Shown here in pieces: positions 21,292 to 32,700 of a stretch of DNA of 64,000 nucleotides. The stretch's first letter is position 1, and each line of letters opens with the position of its first letter. The translations under genes were made by a program, and so were the position numbers. This DNA comes from Nitrospirota bacterium. GTDB lineage: Bacteria > Nitrospirota > UBA9217. Location: contig CAVVUN010000012.1 of NCBI GenBank assembly GCA_963751455.1, forward strand, positions 128,001 to 192,000. Reading direction: 5' to 3'. The notes beneath the pieces are model-generated. The model was not told where the DNA came from. It did no database searches and saw nothing but the letters and a program-made list of their open reading frames with translations.

Positions 21292-23511
21292 ATGACAACA
21301 GGACACTTTCATACAATCGCACAGGAATTATCACTCACTGAAAAGCAGGTGTTTGCCTGCGCCGCGCTGCTGGATGAAGGCGCTACCGTGCCGTTCATTT
21401 CCCGCTACCGCAAAGAAGCCACGGGCTTGCTCGATGAAGTTGCCGTGACTGCAATACGCGACCGGCTGGCCCAGCTCCGGGACCTGGACAAGCGGCGCGA
21501 GGCAATCCTGAAGTCGCTCGAAGAAACAGGCAAACTCACGGATGAGCTCAAAGCAAAGGTCCTTGCGGCAGAGACCATGACAATACTCGAGGACATTTAT
21601 CTGCCGTACCGTCCCAAACGGCGGACCCGGGCAACGATCGCGCGCGAAAAAGGGCTCGAACCGCTGGCACAGCGCCTGTTCATGCAGGAGGCAGGCTTTG
21701 ATCCGGATGCGGAAGCTGCGGCCTTCATCGATCCGGAAAAGGGCGTCGGGACCGGCGCCGATGCCCTGGCCGGAGCCAGGGACATCATTGCGGAATGGAT
21801 AAATGAGGACCAGAATGCGCGTACTCGAATGCGCGAGCTCTACAATGCCAGAGGCCTGTTCAAGACCAGGGTCATAACCGGCAAGGAAGAACTGGGAATC
21901 AAGTACAGGGATTACTTCGACTGGGAGGAGCCTGTTGGAACCGCGCCGTCGCACCGCATTCTCGCCATGAGACGGGGGGAGAAGGAAGGCTTCCTCGTCC
22001 TGCGTGCCGAGCCGCCTGAAGAAGAGGCCATGGTACTGCTCGAAGCCTTGTTCGTGAAAGGCAATAGCTCCTCCTCTCAGCACGTCAAGACGGCAGTCCA
22101 GGATTGTTATAAACGGCTTCTTTCGCTCTCCATGGAAACCGAGGTCCGCGTTGCGACAAGGGAGCGGGCCGATGCAGAGGCCATACGGGTGTTCGCGGAG
22201 AACCTGAGACAGCTCCTGCTCTCTCCGCCGCTCGGACAAAAGAACGTACTGGCCATAGACCCGGGCTTCCGCACGGGCTGCAAGGTGGTCTGCGTGGACA
22301 AGCAGGGAAAGCTGCTGCACACGGATGTGATCTATCCCCTTTTCTCGGAAAAAAATATGGGTGAGGCAGGCTGTAAGATCGTAGAGCTCTGCAAACGATA
22401 TGCAATAGAGGCCATAGCCATAGGCAATGGGACGGCGGGACGGGAAACAGAAGCTTTTGTCAGGCAGCTCGGCCTTCCGACTGCCATCCAGCTCGTCATG
22501 GTAAACGAAAGCGGGGCATCGATCTATTCCGCATCTGAAGTTGCGCGCGAGGAATTCCCGGACCATGATCTGACGGTGCGGGGAGCTGTTTCGATAGGCA
22601 GGCGGCTGATGGATCCGCTGGCTGAGTTGGTCAAGATCGATCCCAAGTCCATCGGCGTGGGCCAGTACCAGCACGATGTGGACCAGGCAGCGCTCAGGCG
22701 CAGCCTCGATGACACGGTCATTCTCTGCGTAAACAGAGTCGGCGTTGAGGTAAATACCGCGAGCAAGCAACTTTTGATGTACGTCTCCGGTCTCGGCCCC
22801 CAGCTTGCGGGAAACATTATCGATTACCGCAACGCGAACGGCGGCTTTCAATCACGGGATACGCTTAAGAAAGTGCCGAAGCTCGGGCCCAAGACGTTTG
22901 AGCAGGCTGCGGGGTTCCTGCGCATCCGGGACGGCGAAAATCCGCTCGACGCGAGCGCCGTGCATCCCGAGACCTACCATATCGTGGATGCAATGGCAAG
23001 GGACCTGAACTGCTCTGTCATTGACCTCATGCGCAGCGACGAACTGCGCAGAAAAATAGACCTTGCAAAATACGTGACCGATACAATCGGCCTGCCCACG
23101 CTCAGGGACATCATGGCAGAGCTCGCAAAACCCGGCCGGGACCCGCGCGAGCAGTTCGAGACCTTCAGCTTTGCAGAGGGGATCGGAAAGATAGAGGACG
23201 TGAAGCCCGGCATGAAGCTTCCGGGCGTGGTAACGAACATCACTGCCTTCGGCGCCTTCATCGACATCGGCGTGCACCAGGACGGGCTCGCGCACATCAG
23301 TCAGCTTTCGGACCAATACATCAAAGACCCGAACCAGGCTGTGAAGGTGCATCAGAAGGTGACGGCAACGGTGCTCGAGGTGGATGTGCAGAGAAAGAGG
23401 ATATCGCTGTCCTTGAAAAAAAACCCGGACAAACCGGCACATCAAAAGAAAGAAAAACCACGGACCGATGTTCGCGATCTTCAGCAGGCGTTCCTGAAAA
23501 ACCGGACGTGA
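21292..23511 (+). CDS. tex: Tex transcription accessory protein
   Basis: ATVPFISRYRKE, DPGFRTGCK, GVGQYQHDV, C-terminal S1 domain. Confidence 0.95.
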   Translation: MTTGHFHTIAQELSLTEKQVFACAALLDEGATVPFISRYRKEATGLLDEVAVTAIRDRLAQLRDLDKRREAILKSLEETGKLTDELKAKVLAAETMTILEDIYLPYRPKRRTRATIAREKGLEPLAQRLFMQEAGFDPDAEAAAFIDPEKGVGTGADALAGARDIIAEWINEDQNARTRMRELYNARGLFKTRVITGKEELGIKYRDYFDWEEPVGTAPSHRILAMRRGEKEGFLVLRAEPPEEEAMVLLEALFVKGNSSSSQHVKTAVQDCYKRLLSLSMETEVRVATRERADAEAIRVFAENLRQLLLSPPLGQKNVLAIDPGFRTGCKVVCVDKQGKLLHTDVIYPLFSEKNMGEAGCKIVELCKRYAIEAIAIGNGTAGRETEAFVRQLGLPTAIQLVMVNESGASIYSASEVAREEFPDHDLTVRGAVSIGRRLMDPLAELVKIDPKSIGVGQYQHDVDQAALRRSLDDTVILCVNRVGVEVNTASKQLLMYVSGLGPQLAGNIIDYRNANGGFQSRDTLKKVPKLGPKTFEQAAGFLRIRDGENPLDASAVHPETYHIVDAMARDLNCSVIDLMRSDELRRKIDLAKYVTDTIGLPTLRDIMAELAKPGRDPREQFETFSFAEGIGKIEDVKPGMKLPGVVTNITAFGAFIDIGVHQDGLAHISQLSDQYIKDPNQAVKVHQKVTATVLEVDVQRKRISLSLKKNPDKPAHQKKEKPRTDVRDLQQAFLKNRT

Positions 23512-23553
23512 ATGCCCGGTTCAATGGAGCACGTGACCATCGGAGTCTTTCAA

Positions 23554-23717
23554 CCTAAAAACGGCATTTGAACACGGATGAACACGGAAACAGCGGATCA
23601 AAACAATGTGATAGAGCAAAAAGCCATCTCGCCTTTTGGGTGAATCCATTACTGTTCGTAACTTCCTATAAATCCGTGTTGATCAGATTTTATCCGTGTC
23701 CAACTGCTTTTTTCAGG
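23554..23717. mobile_element. MITE family B (CCT...AGG ends, 5-bp TSD TTCAA)
   Basis: Ends CCTAAAAACGGCATTTGAACACGGAT and ATCCGTGTCCAACTGCTTTTTTCAGG; TTCAA at 23549-53 and 23718-22; 128 bp identical at 29633-29760. Confidence 0.85.
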
Positions 23718-23722
23718 TTCAA

Positions 23723-24245
23723 AGGATGTCATGTTAATTTGCGCAACGGTTTTCAGCACCTTGACCGTCATGATGTGATAAGGAATTGCCGTGAGGCAAA
23801 GATAATGCTCCTTAACCCTTTTGGCGAGGGAGCGAATATTCGCGCGAAGAGTATTCCCGTTGCCGATGTAACGCCGGAGAGCTTCAAAAGCCGGATCATG
23901 AAAAGCATTGATTTTCTCAGGGGCCTCAACGAGATAAAGCAGAATATAAGGCTCAAGCTTTATCCGGATGCGCCGCTTCTCAAACTCGCCGTTTTAGGAG
24001 ACTATATGAGCATGAAATTTTATCATGCGGGCCTCGGCACAAGCGAAACGCCCGAGTATATCTTCAAGCACTCGCAGGAGGGCGGTAATCTTTACAGCAT
24101 TTTTTACCAGCTCTTTCTTTCCAAGTGGCGCGATTCGAGCATACCCGAATATGACTTCGATACCGGCGGTCTTATATACAGGGACAACTCAGGAAACGAG
24201 ACAAGAAGAGAGAAGTTCGACGAAATGCCCCTTAACGGAGAATAA
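23723..24245 (+). pseudogene. 3' remnant of a hypothetical protein; the annotated N-terminus is MITE-derived
   Basis: The MNTDEHGNSG start is shared with the 29647 ORF and comes from the MITE; HDVIRNCREAKIMLLNP onward is protein-like. Confidence 0.55.
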
Positions 24246-24282
24246 TATTGCATTATATTTCCTGCTGTGCTAAAAAGACAAA

Positions 24283-24368
24283 AATGATAAAGGCAAACTA
24301 TCTGAAAGGATAGGGCGCAAAGCAACCGGCCCTGAGCTTACCCGAAGGGCGGCGGGGCTGCCGAAGTA
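24283..24368 (+). ncRNA. c-di-GMP-I (GEMM) riboswitch
   Basis: GGCAAAC-TATCT-GAAA-GGATAG-GGCGCAAAGC-AACCGGCCCTGA...GGCGGCGGGGCTGCCGA matches GEMM-I architecture; upstream TTGCAT-17 bp-TAAAAA. Confidence 0.9.
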
Positions 24369-24393
24369 ATAATCATCACAGATAAAGAACGCG

Positions 24394-24432
24394 GCCCAAT
24401 CTTGTCTTTTCAAAGGTTGGGCTTTTTAATTT
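24394..24432 (+). terminator. intrinsic terminator (riboswitch expression platform)
   Basis: GCCCAATCT...AGGTTGGGC followed by TTTTTAATTT. Confidence 0.7.
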
Positions 24433-24477
24433 AGTGCGGACCCTGAAATATTGCGCAGATGATAAGAAAGATCAGTT

Positions 24478-27066
24478 ATGAATAACAAGCCATCGCCCGG
24501 GAGATCCAAAAAGAGACTGACTGCGGGGATAATAGTAGCGATTTATGCCGGTGTCGGAGCACTTTGGATTGCGGCCTCTGATAGTATTGTGCATATGATG
24601 AGTAAAGACCCGGAAATGATTACCCGCCTTCAGTCATGCAAGGGCTGGTTCTATATCGGTTTGACGGCAGGTATGCTCTACTGGCTCGTTCGGCGCTATG
24701 GTGCTGAGCATAGAGAATCAGAGGATAGATTCAGGATCGTTTTCGAAAGCGCGACTGACGGCATTCTTTTGGCCGATCTTGAAAATAAAATGTTCGTAAT
24801 GGGCAATAAGACAAGTGCTCAAATGCTCGGATATACGGGGGAGGAAATTACAGGATTGGGCGTTATGGATATCCATCCTGCCGGAGACCTTCCGTTTGTT
24901 ATAGAACAATTTGAAAAACAAGCAAGGGGTGAGATTTTGGTTGCCGCTGATATTCCCGTGAAGAAAAAGGACGGCGGTATCTTTTATGCCGACATCAATT
25001 CAACTCCCATAATGCTCGATGGAAGAAAATGTCTTATGGGTATTTTCAGAGACGTGACCGAGCGCAAAAAGGCGGAAGAAAATCTCAACAAAACCCTCTC
25101 TCTTCTTTCATCTGTTCTTGAATCAACCGCCGACGGCTTACTCGTAGTCGATACTTCCGGTAAGATAGTCAGCTTTAATGAGAACTTCCTGAAACTGTGG
25201 CATATTCCAGAACATATTGTCGCTTCCCATGACGATAAACAGGCGCTTGCGTTTGTGCTTGGGCAGCTTAAAGATCCTGAAGAATTTCTCAAAAAAGTCC
25301 GTGAATTGTATGCCCGGCCTGATGCGGAGAGCTTTGACACATTAGAGTTCAAAGACGGGAGGATTTTTGAACGCTACTCCAAGCCCCAGAAGATCGGCGT
25401 TAAAAACGTGGGAAGGGTCTGGAGCTTCAGGGATATAACAGCACGCAAAAAGGCCGCGGATGAACTGGCCGCGCGAACACGTCAGAATCTTTTAGGCGCG
25501 GAAATCGGAGCCGTACTTGTCCGGAACACAGATCTGCGCGGTTTATTGCAGCTTTGCACGGAGGCTATTGTAAAACATCTCGATACGGCATTCGCACGAA
25601 TCTGGACACTGAACAAGAAAGACAACGTATTAGAGCTGCAGGGCAGCGCCGGGATGTACACGCATATTAACGGCCCTCACGCTCGCGTGCCGGTCGGTAA
25701 ATATAAAATAGGGTTGATCGCACAGGAAAGGAAACCGCATCTGACCAATGCTGTGATCGGCGACTCATGCATAAGCGACCCGGAATGGGCAAAACGTGAA
25801 GGAATGGTTGCCTTCGCCGGACATCCCCTTATTGTCGGAGACAGGCTGGTCGGAGTAATGGCGCTGTTCTCCAAGAAGCCACTTGAAGAGACGTCGCTTT
25901 CCACGCTGGCATCAATAGCGGATGAGATAGCATTAGGCATAGAGCGCAAACAGGCGGAGGAACGGATTTATGGCCAGTTGCATAAGCTCTCCGCCCTGCG
26001 CTCCATAGACCTGACAATAAGTTCCAGTCTTGACCTGCGCGTGATTCTCAAAATTTTCATAGAGCATGTGGTGAACGAGTTGGGCGTTGACGCCGCAAAT
26101 GTGCTTCTCCTCAATCCTCACACGAGGATACTGGAATATGCGGCAAGTCGGGGTTTTCGGACGAGCGCCCTGAGACACACTCACCTGCGCCTTGGGGAAG
26201 GTTACGCGGGAGTTGCGGCGCTTGAGAATCGGCTCGTGAAGGCGCCCAACCTGCAGGAAGAAGATGGCGGGTTTAAGCGGTCGGGGCTCCTTGAAGACGA
26301 GGATTTTATCTCATATTACGGCGTGCCTCTCGTGGCAAAAGGTCACGTAAAAGGGGTGTTGGAGCTCTTCCATAGAAGCCCCCTTCATCCTGACGAGGAA
26401 TGGTTTGAGTTTCTCGACGGCCTTGCCCTGCAAGCCTCTATTGCGATAGACAACAATTCTCTGTTCCTTGAACTCGAACGGTCGAATACGGATCTTGTAC
26501 TGGCTTATGACGGTACTATTGAGGGCTGGTCACGAGCCCTCGATTACCGTGATAAGGAAACTGAGGGCCATTCCCGGAGGGTAACAGAGCTGACGCTTGA
26601 GATCGCCCGGTTCATGGGAATAAGCGCGGATGAGCTCGTGCATATCCGAAGAGGCGCTCTCCTTCATGACATCGGGAAGATGGGAATCCCCGACAATATT
26701 TTGCTTAAGCCCGGCCCGCTGACTGACGAGGAATGGGTGATCATGCGGCGTCACCCCGTTTATGCCCTTGAGTTGCTCTCGCCTATCGCCTATCTGCGGC
26801 CCGCCCTCGACATCCCTTATTGCCACCATGAAAAATGGGACGGGACCGGCTACCCCCGCGGCTTAAAAGGCGAGGAGATCCCCCTTGCCGCCCGCGTGTT
26901 CGCCGTGGTTGACGTCTGGGACGCCCTGAATTCCGACCGGCCCTACAGGCCCGCATGGCCCGGAGAGAAGATCAGAGAACATATGCGCTCTCTTTCGGGA
27001 ACTCATTTCGACCCCAAGGTGTGCGAGGCATTTCTGAAGCTTCTAGAATTAAAGGGCGGCAAGTAG
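24478..27066 (+). CDS. TM-PAS-PAS-GAF-GAF-HD-GYP phosphodiesterase
   Basis: [33 protein letters not shown]. Confidence 0.95.
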   Translation: MNNKPSPGRSKKRLTAGIIVAIYAGVGALWIAASDSIVHMMSKDPEMITRLQSCKGWFYIGLTAGMLYWLVRRYGAEHRESEDRFRIVFESATDGILLADLENKMFVMGNKTSAQMLGYTGEEITGLGVMDIHPAGDLPFVIEQFEKQARGEILVAADIPVKKKDGGIFYADINSTPIMLDGRKCLMGIFRDVTERKKAEENLNKTLSLLSSVLESTADGLLVVDTSGKIVSFNENFLKLWHIPEHIVASHDDKQALAFVLGQLKDPEEFLKKVRELYARPDAESFDTLEFKDGRIFERYSKPQKIGVKNVGRVWSFRDITARKKAADELAARTRQNLLGAEIGAVLVRNTDLRGLLQLCTEAIVKHLDTAFARIWTLNKKDNVLELQGSAGMYTHINGPHARVPVGKYKIGLIAQERKPHLTNAVIGDSCISDPEWAKREGMVAFAGHPLIVGDRLVGVMALFSKKPLEETSLSTLASIADEIALGIERKQAEERIYGQLHKLSALRSIDLTISSSLDLRVILKIFIEHVVNELGVDAANVLLLNPHTRILEYAASRGFRTSALRHTHLRLGEGYAGVAALENRLVKAPNLQEEDGGFKRSGLLEDEDFISYYGVPLVAKGHVKGVLELFHRSPLHPDEEWFEFLDGLALQASIAIDNNSLFLELERSNTDLVLAYDGTIEGWSRALDYRDKETEGHSRRVTELTLEIARFMGISADELVHIRRGALLHDIGKMGIPDNILLKPGPLTDEEWVIMRRHPVYALELLSPIAYLRPALDIPYCHHEKWDGTGYPRGLKGEEIPLAARVFAVVDVWDALNSDRPYRPAWPGEKIREHMRSLSGTHFDPKVCEAFLKLLELKGGK

Positions 27067-27182
27067 CTTCTGCCGGGATTATCCTGAAAAAAGCAGTTGG
27101 AAGGTGAAATGGTTTTTTGATGTGGAGTGAGAAATGTTTTTCGACGAGAAAAAGCGGTATAAAGAAGGAACGGCGTTATTTT

Positions 27183-27425
27183 TTACGCGACCTGGTAGCT
27201 CTTGCCGATTTCGACAAAGCCGCCGACTTTCTTTTCTCTCAGCTTCTTCCTGACTTCTTCAAAAAAGGCAGTAACATCCGGAGAATACAACCGTTCGCCG
27301 CAATGCAGGCAAACCTCTGCTTTAACTTTTACAACAGCGGTATCGCCATCGCCTTTTAAAAGCTTTTCTACATCCTTTTCCATCACTTCGCCGCCGCACA
27401 CCGGGCATTTTTCAAACAGTTTCAT
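27183..27425 (-). CDS. YgiT/MqsA-type zinc-finger protein (orphan antitoxin-like)
   Basis: CPVCGG...CLHCGERLY. Confidence 0.85.
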   Translation of the reverse strand: MKLFEKCPVCGGEVMEKDVEKLLKGDGDTAVVKVKAEVCLHCGERLYSPDVTAFFEEVRKKLREKKVGGFVEIGKSYQVA

Positions 27426-27711
27426 TTCTCTTTCCTCGTCTTCCAGTCTTCCATCCATCTATCCTTAACGCTCTTTTCCTGATTGTACTTTTATTCTAAA
27501 TAGTTGCTTCACGCCTCAATCCATCATCCGGAATAGACACAAGGAAAACGTTTATGCGTGATAAATTCCTTTCATGAGGGAAGAATACTATATGGCCGGT
27601 GAAATGGCAAGAAGATTAGTAATCGCTCCACGGTTATTCGTCCGTTAGTCAGGTAGGTATGATGTATTCAACCAACGAAGAGAGGAGTCTTTCAATTGAT
27701 GGAAAACCAGG

Positions 27712-27792
27712 ATTTCTCGCGATTTTATCCCGAGTGTAGATAAGATTCCTCACATGCGTTCGGAATGACAAACGCCGACGGACTCGAAATGA
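27712..27792. repeat. nested REP-like palindromes
   Basis: GATTTCTCGC...[GATTCCTCACATGCGTTCGGAATGAC]...CTCGAAATGA. Confidence 0.5.
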
Positions 27793-27964
27793 TAAAACTA
27801 GCAATTTCAGACAAGACTATCATTCTATGGGCGCGCCTCATTTTATGATCGCCAAGAGCCTCCGGCTTGGCTTCGCGGATTTATCGAAATCTACAAAACA
27901 TTGCGAGATTCACCCAAAAGGTGAAAGGGTTTTTTAAAGTCAGGGACGCCCTGAGTTCTGACCG

Positions 27965-28563
27965 TTATTCCGGTAGTTTCTTATCGTTGACCTTATCAAA
28001 TCTTACAGCAATCCGGTCTTCTCTCTGAATAGCTTCTTCCAATTCATCAGGAGTGAACAAATCTTTCGTGACATGCAAATTCATTTTATAGAGATGACAC
28101 CGGCCCGGCTCTTTTTCTGATCGATCAAGAAATTCCGATAATTCCTTGCCCTCGCCGATCAGATCATATGATATCTTGTTCTGGATATTTCTATGAACAA
28201 CAAAAGTATACCCTACACCTACTATTTTTAATTTCGTCAATCCCTTCTTCTTAAGCTCAATCAGTTCCTTTAACTCATCTGGATTCATAGGCTTCTCCTC
28301 AGCTAAAATTATTTCATTTTTTTCTTGCCGGACCTTTACTGCTTTAACGCTTAACTCGCTGATTTTAGCATAAAGCTTACCGGGATGATAAGGCTTTTGT
28401 ATAATATCGTCTATTCCGATACTTATCCATAGACCTCAGGTTCCCTGTCACGGCCATGATAGGGAAATATTTTATATTAACGACGGATTATCTCTGTTGC
28501 TTCAATGCCGTCCATGACCGGCATATCAATATCCATCAAACAAAGGTCATATGCCGCCTTCAT
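27965..28563 (-). pseudogene. decayed response regulator: REC domain plus unknown C-terminal domain
   Basis: YDLCLMDIDMPVMDGIEAT, PIMAVTG and IDDIIQKPY pieces; the last is in frame with the 27965-28288 ORF. Confidence 0.7.
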
Positions 28564-28606
28564 TAATTTTGGCTAACTCAACAGCCTTCCGGCGCTGGAG
28601 GCCCCC

Positions 28607-28876
28607 ATGATACAATTCCTGGCTGGAGCTGTTACGTTTGCTTATGTACTAGCCGGAGTCTACTTTCTTCGTTTCTGGAGGAAGACCGCGGATCGCTTGT
28701 TTCTCAGTTTCGCTCTGGCTTTCGGGCTCATGGCGCTCAACCAGATCGCCGCGTCTCTGCTCGGACCGGCCGATGAACGAGTCGGCTACGCCTACATATT
28801 GCGTGTTCTGGGATACGCGGTCATTTTACTGGCTATCGTGGAAAAGAACTTCTTTTCCATCAGAAAACGGAAATGA
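28607..28876 (+). CDS. small membrane protein (DUF5985-like)
   Basis: FLRFWRKTADRLFLSFALAF...ILLAIVEKN. Confidence 0.7.
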   Translation: MIQFLAGAVTFAYVLAGVYFLRFWRKTADRLFLSFALAFGLMALNQIAASLLGPADERVGYAYILRVLGYAVILLAIVEKNFFSIRKRK

Positions 28877-28940
28877 AAACGCGACTCCGGATTTATCCGG
28901 ATTCCTTGTGACATGGTTGCGTGAATGTTAAGGATATTTT

Positions 28941-29064
28941 CTCCCCTTCAAGGGGAGGATGAGGAGGGGATGGGGTCTTCTGGAACCCGGCAACAAACCC
29001 ATCCTCACACCCTGCACTCGCGGTTCCACTCGTAAACGCTGGGTGCAAGGCCTTGAAGGAGAGG
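28941..29064. repeat. CTCCCCTT.AAGGGGAG REP pair with an inserted ~45-bp mini-element
   Basis: CTCCCCTTCAAGGGGAGG...CCCATCCTCAC[CCTGCACTCG...GGGTGCAAGG]CCTTGAAGGAGAG. Confidence 0.65.
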
Positions 29065-29311
29065 ACGTTTGATTACGGCCAAAAGGTCGCGCTATGGATA
29101 TCTCGATTATTGTTCTGGACAGAAACCTGAAGGTCAAAGGATACGTCCCGCCTGAGACGCCCTTTATCTCCTGTTCGATGAAGAGGGAACGGCTTCAACC
29201 GTTGTTGCCGGCAAAGAGATAAAGCCCTTCAATTTCGTTGCAATTTAAAGTCTTCTTTGATACATTGCTATTATAGATTCGATTAATCCATTCTGAAAAA
29301 GCGGTTATGAC

Positions 29312-29545
29312 ATGCTGACAGCGCAGAAAACCAGGCAGAAGCACACGCATATCACACGTGCGCGTTAAGTCGCGCTGCTGGCGGCGCTCCTATTATCGCA
29401 GGGACCAGGTTCCCTGTTCGATCCGTTGTATATTATATCCTCAGGCAGGGAATGACGCCCCGAGGAATTGGTAAAAGAGTTCTCTCATTTTACCTTGCCC
29501 AAGGTTTACGATGCCCTTTCATATTATTACGAAAAACGATGGATG
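29312..29545 (+). pseudogene. DUF433 antitoxin remnant
   Basis: GGAPIIAGTRFPVRSVV...GMTP / EELVKEFSHFTLPKVYDALSYYYE across frameshifts. Confidence 0.75.
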
Positions 29546-29632
29546 AAGAACTGCATGAATATGAAGCCGAAACTCCCCTTCAATGAACTGCTGAATCGCA
29601 TTTCGAAACTTCTCTCGGCGAACACGACTGAT

Positions 29633-29760
29633 CCTAAAAACGGCATTTGAACACGGATGAACACGGAAACAGCGGATCAAAACAATGTGATAGAGCAAAA
29701 AGCCATCTCGCCTTTTGGGTGAATCCATTACTGTTCGTAACTTCCTATAAATCCGTGTTG
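29633..29760. mobile_element. truncated MITE family B copy
   Basis: Identical to 23554-23681; right end missing. Confidence 0.85.
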
Positions 29761-32700
29761 GGTGCGTTGCATCTGCAGTACTTCATGATTGAGAAGGTCT
29801 GCAAACAGCGCCCTGTTCGGCAAGCCGGTCAGGAGGTCATGATATGCCTGGTATTTGATGGTCTCTTCCGCCTGTTTCCGCTCCTCGCGTGTGCGCAACG
29901 ACATAATGCCGTAGACAAGGTCGTCGGCCAACTCCATCAGCAATTTGACCTCTTCCGGCTCGAATGCGCTCGGCCGGTCCGCGTACAGGTTGAGCGCTCC
30001 GATGGCCGCGTGGTTCGTGATCAAAGGAACCGCTATGGAGGACCGGTAGTTGAGCCTGGCTGCCTCTGCCCGCCATGGGCCGTAATCCGCGTCGACCGGA
30101 ATGTTTTCCGCGAACGCAGGTTTTCCGGTCCGTATGGCCCTGCCTGTTGGACCGCGCCCAAGCTCGGTATCAGCCCATGTTATCTTCACCAATCTGAAAT
30201 AGCCGTCCTCGTGTCCGGCGAAGGCGACAGGGCGAACCGATTTTTCTTCATCGTGTTCGGCAAAACCGATCCAGGCCATATAATAGCCGCCGACATCCAC
30301 TATGATCCGGCACACGTCCCGAAGCAATGATATCTCATCACGGGCGCGTATTACCGCCTGGTTGCAATTACTGATCATGGTAAGTGTCCGGTTCAGCTTG
30401 CGCAGTTCATCTTCAGCGCGTCTGCGGTCTGAGTACAATCCGGCATTCTCGATCGAGATCGCAGCTTGTGAGGCAAGCACTTCCAGGAACGCGATTCTGT
30501 CCGCGCTGAAGGCCCCCTTCATGAGATTATTTTCCAGGTACAACAGCCCGATCAGGTCAGCTCGTCTCAAGAGAGGCAAACAGAGAACCGATGCAGGCTT
30601 GTTCCGTATTATGTACTCATCAGAGGAAAACATATTCTGCTCGGAGGCATCGTTCAAGATCACGCTTTCCCGGGTCCGTGCGACATAGTTCATGATGGAT
30701 ACTGGAAGGACCGCGGAAATCCGGGCTCCCGGCTTCTGCATGACTTTGATTTCGTCCCCTTCTACCCTGGCTTCGGCCGAGATCGACAGCTCATCTTGTT
30801 TTTCCGTTCGTGCTGAGCTTGTCGAAGCACGCGCTAGGACCAAAGAACCCTTCTGCGCGCCGGCGTTCTCTATCACCAATCGCATCAAAGTATCCAGAAG
30901 ATTAGAAAGGAGTATCTGGCTGGAGATGGCTTGCGATGCCTTCACAACCGTAATTGCATCCAGCGCGCGGATCTGCGCTTTCACGCCTCTCGCAGCCGCG
31001 GCACGCTCTTCCTCCTGAAGCCAGGGGTGCTGCTCATCGAGCTGTTTCACCTTGCCGTCCGCGCCCCAGCGCAGATAGCAGGAGCGGGCTTCGCGCAAGT
31101 ATGCGCGGGAGGACGTCTCGTAGCCGCGATTGGAACAAAATTTGGCAGCCAACTCGTTGGCGAGGGCCTCATTCTGGACAAAGCCGTTCTCGCGCGCCGA
31201 GCGGATGGCCTTCTCGTAAAGGCGCATTGCGTCAAGCTCGCGGCCTTCGATGCGGGCGACCTCGGCCGCCACCAGGTCGTAGCGGTTGAGGAAGTTTTCC
31301 GGAGAATTCTCCGCCCAAATCTTGAGTTGCTCGTGGTGTGCGACGAGTGCCTGCAGCTGCCGCGGCCGCTCTTCGGCAGCCACGGCGTCATAATGGACCG
31401 TGCGCGCGAGGGCACCATAGAAATGATACTCGGCCACCTCGAAGAACGACGGCGACGTCCAGAGCAGTTGCTGTGCCTTCGCCGCGGCATCGATGGCGGC
31501 AGCGTAATCGCCCGCGTAGAAGCGCGCTTGGAGCTTGCGGATCCAATACCAGCAGGCGGCGATCGCGAGGCGAGGGTCGCCTTCCAGGTGCTGCTCGAAC
31601 CGCCCCTCGTCGAACTCCACGTCGTTGAATGACGAAAAGTCGGGCGTCAGGCCCCGTAACGTCCGCATGAGCCTCAACTGTCCGGTGATGATGTCGACGA
31701 CGAGACCGAACTTCGCCTTGCGCACGAAGGCGAGCGAGCGCTCGGCTTCCCGCTGCACATCGGCCAGCGGATCGCCGGCGGCGAGCAGGAGCGTGACCAG
31801 GCAGTTGCAGATATAACAGGCATAAGTGAGGTCGCCGGTTTCCTGCGCCGCGTCGAAGCCCCGATGCAGTAGTTCGACGCCGGTGCGCAAATGCCTCGTC
31901 CAAGGATTGATGAGGTGCCCGAAGTCCAGGTAGGTCCGCGCCTTGAAGCGCAGAACACCACGTTTCTCCAACAGATCGAAGCCGAGTTTGCCGAAGCGGA
32001 ATCCCGCCCGGTAGTCGCCGAAGTGGGGCCCGAGAACCATGCCGAGCCTGACGTAGCCGAAGCACGATCCGTCGCTGTTGCCGTGCTCGAGGCTGAGGTT
32101 CACCATGCGACCGGCGATGAGACAAAACAGGCGGTAATCGGTGAACAAGGCTGGCGAACTGGCCCACGTGAGGACGTCCAGCGTCGCTCCCCATTCCGGC
32201 TCGGGCATCGGGGGCAAATCGATGAGTTCCTCGATCGGGCGGCTCCCGAGCTGTCTCCACATGCGCTCGTATTCCCGGCGTACCTCTTCCGCAGTCGGGT
32301 GCGGCGACCAGTTGATGCCGAGGCGCCGGAGGTATTCGAGGCACGCCGAAACGCCGCGGTCGCTCCGATCCATAGTGGTGTAGAGAGCCACCTGCGCGCA
32401 GGCTACGGCAGCCGCGTCGATGATGTTCCCGGCACGGCGCGTGAGCATCGTGAGCCGATTCTCCGCCGCCATAAGCTCTCCGGTCAGGTACTCGCATTCG
32501 GCCCGGTGAAGCTCGAGCGAGAAAATGAGGTCGTACCGCCGGTCCCAACTGTCCTCCGCAAGCAACGCTCTGCCCGCGGTGAGATACTGCAGCGCAGAGG
32601 CATAGGCCGTCGACGCCTTGGCGCGCTTGGCGGCGACAAGGTTAAGCTCGGCCACCCGCTCTCGCTCCTCCCCCGACGTGATCAGCGCCATCCCGTGGTT

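Noticed and set aside
24283-24368. cGAMP-sensing GEMM-Ib variant
   Set aside because: The discriminating position is G rather than A, and the intact cyclase domains nearby are ordinary GGDEF-EAL types.
29647-30330. 227-aa + strand ORF sharing an N-terminus with ORF 23568
   Set aside because: The shared part is translated MITE; the remainder is antisense to the sensor gene.
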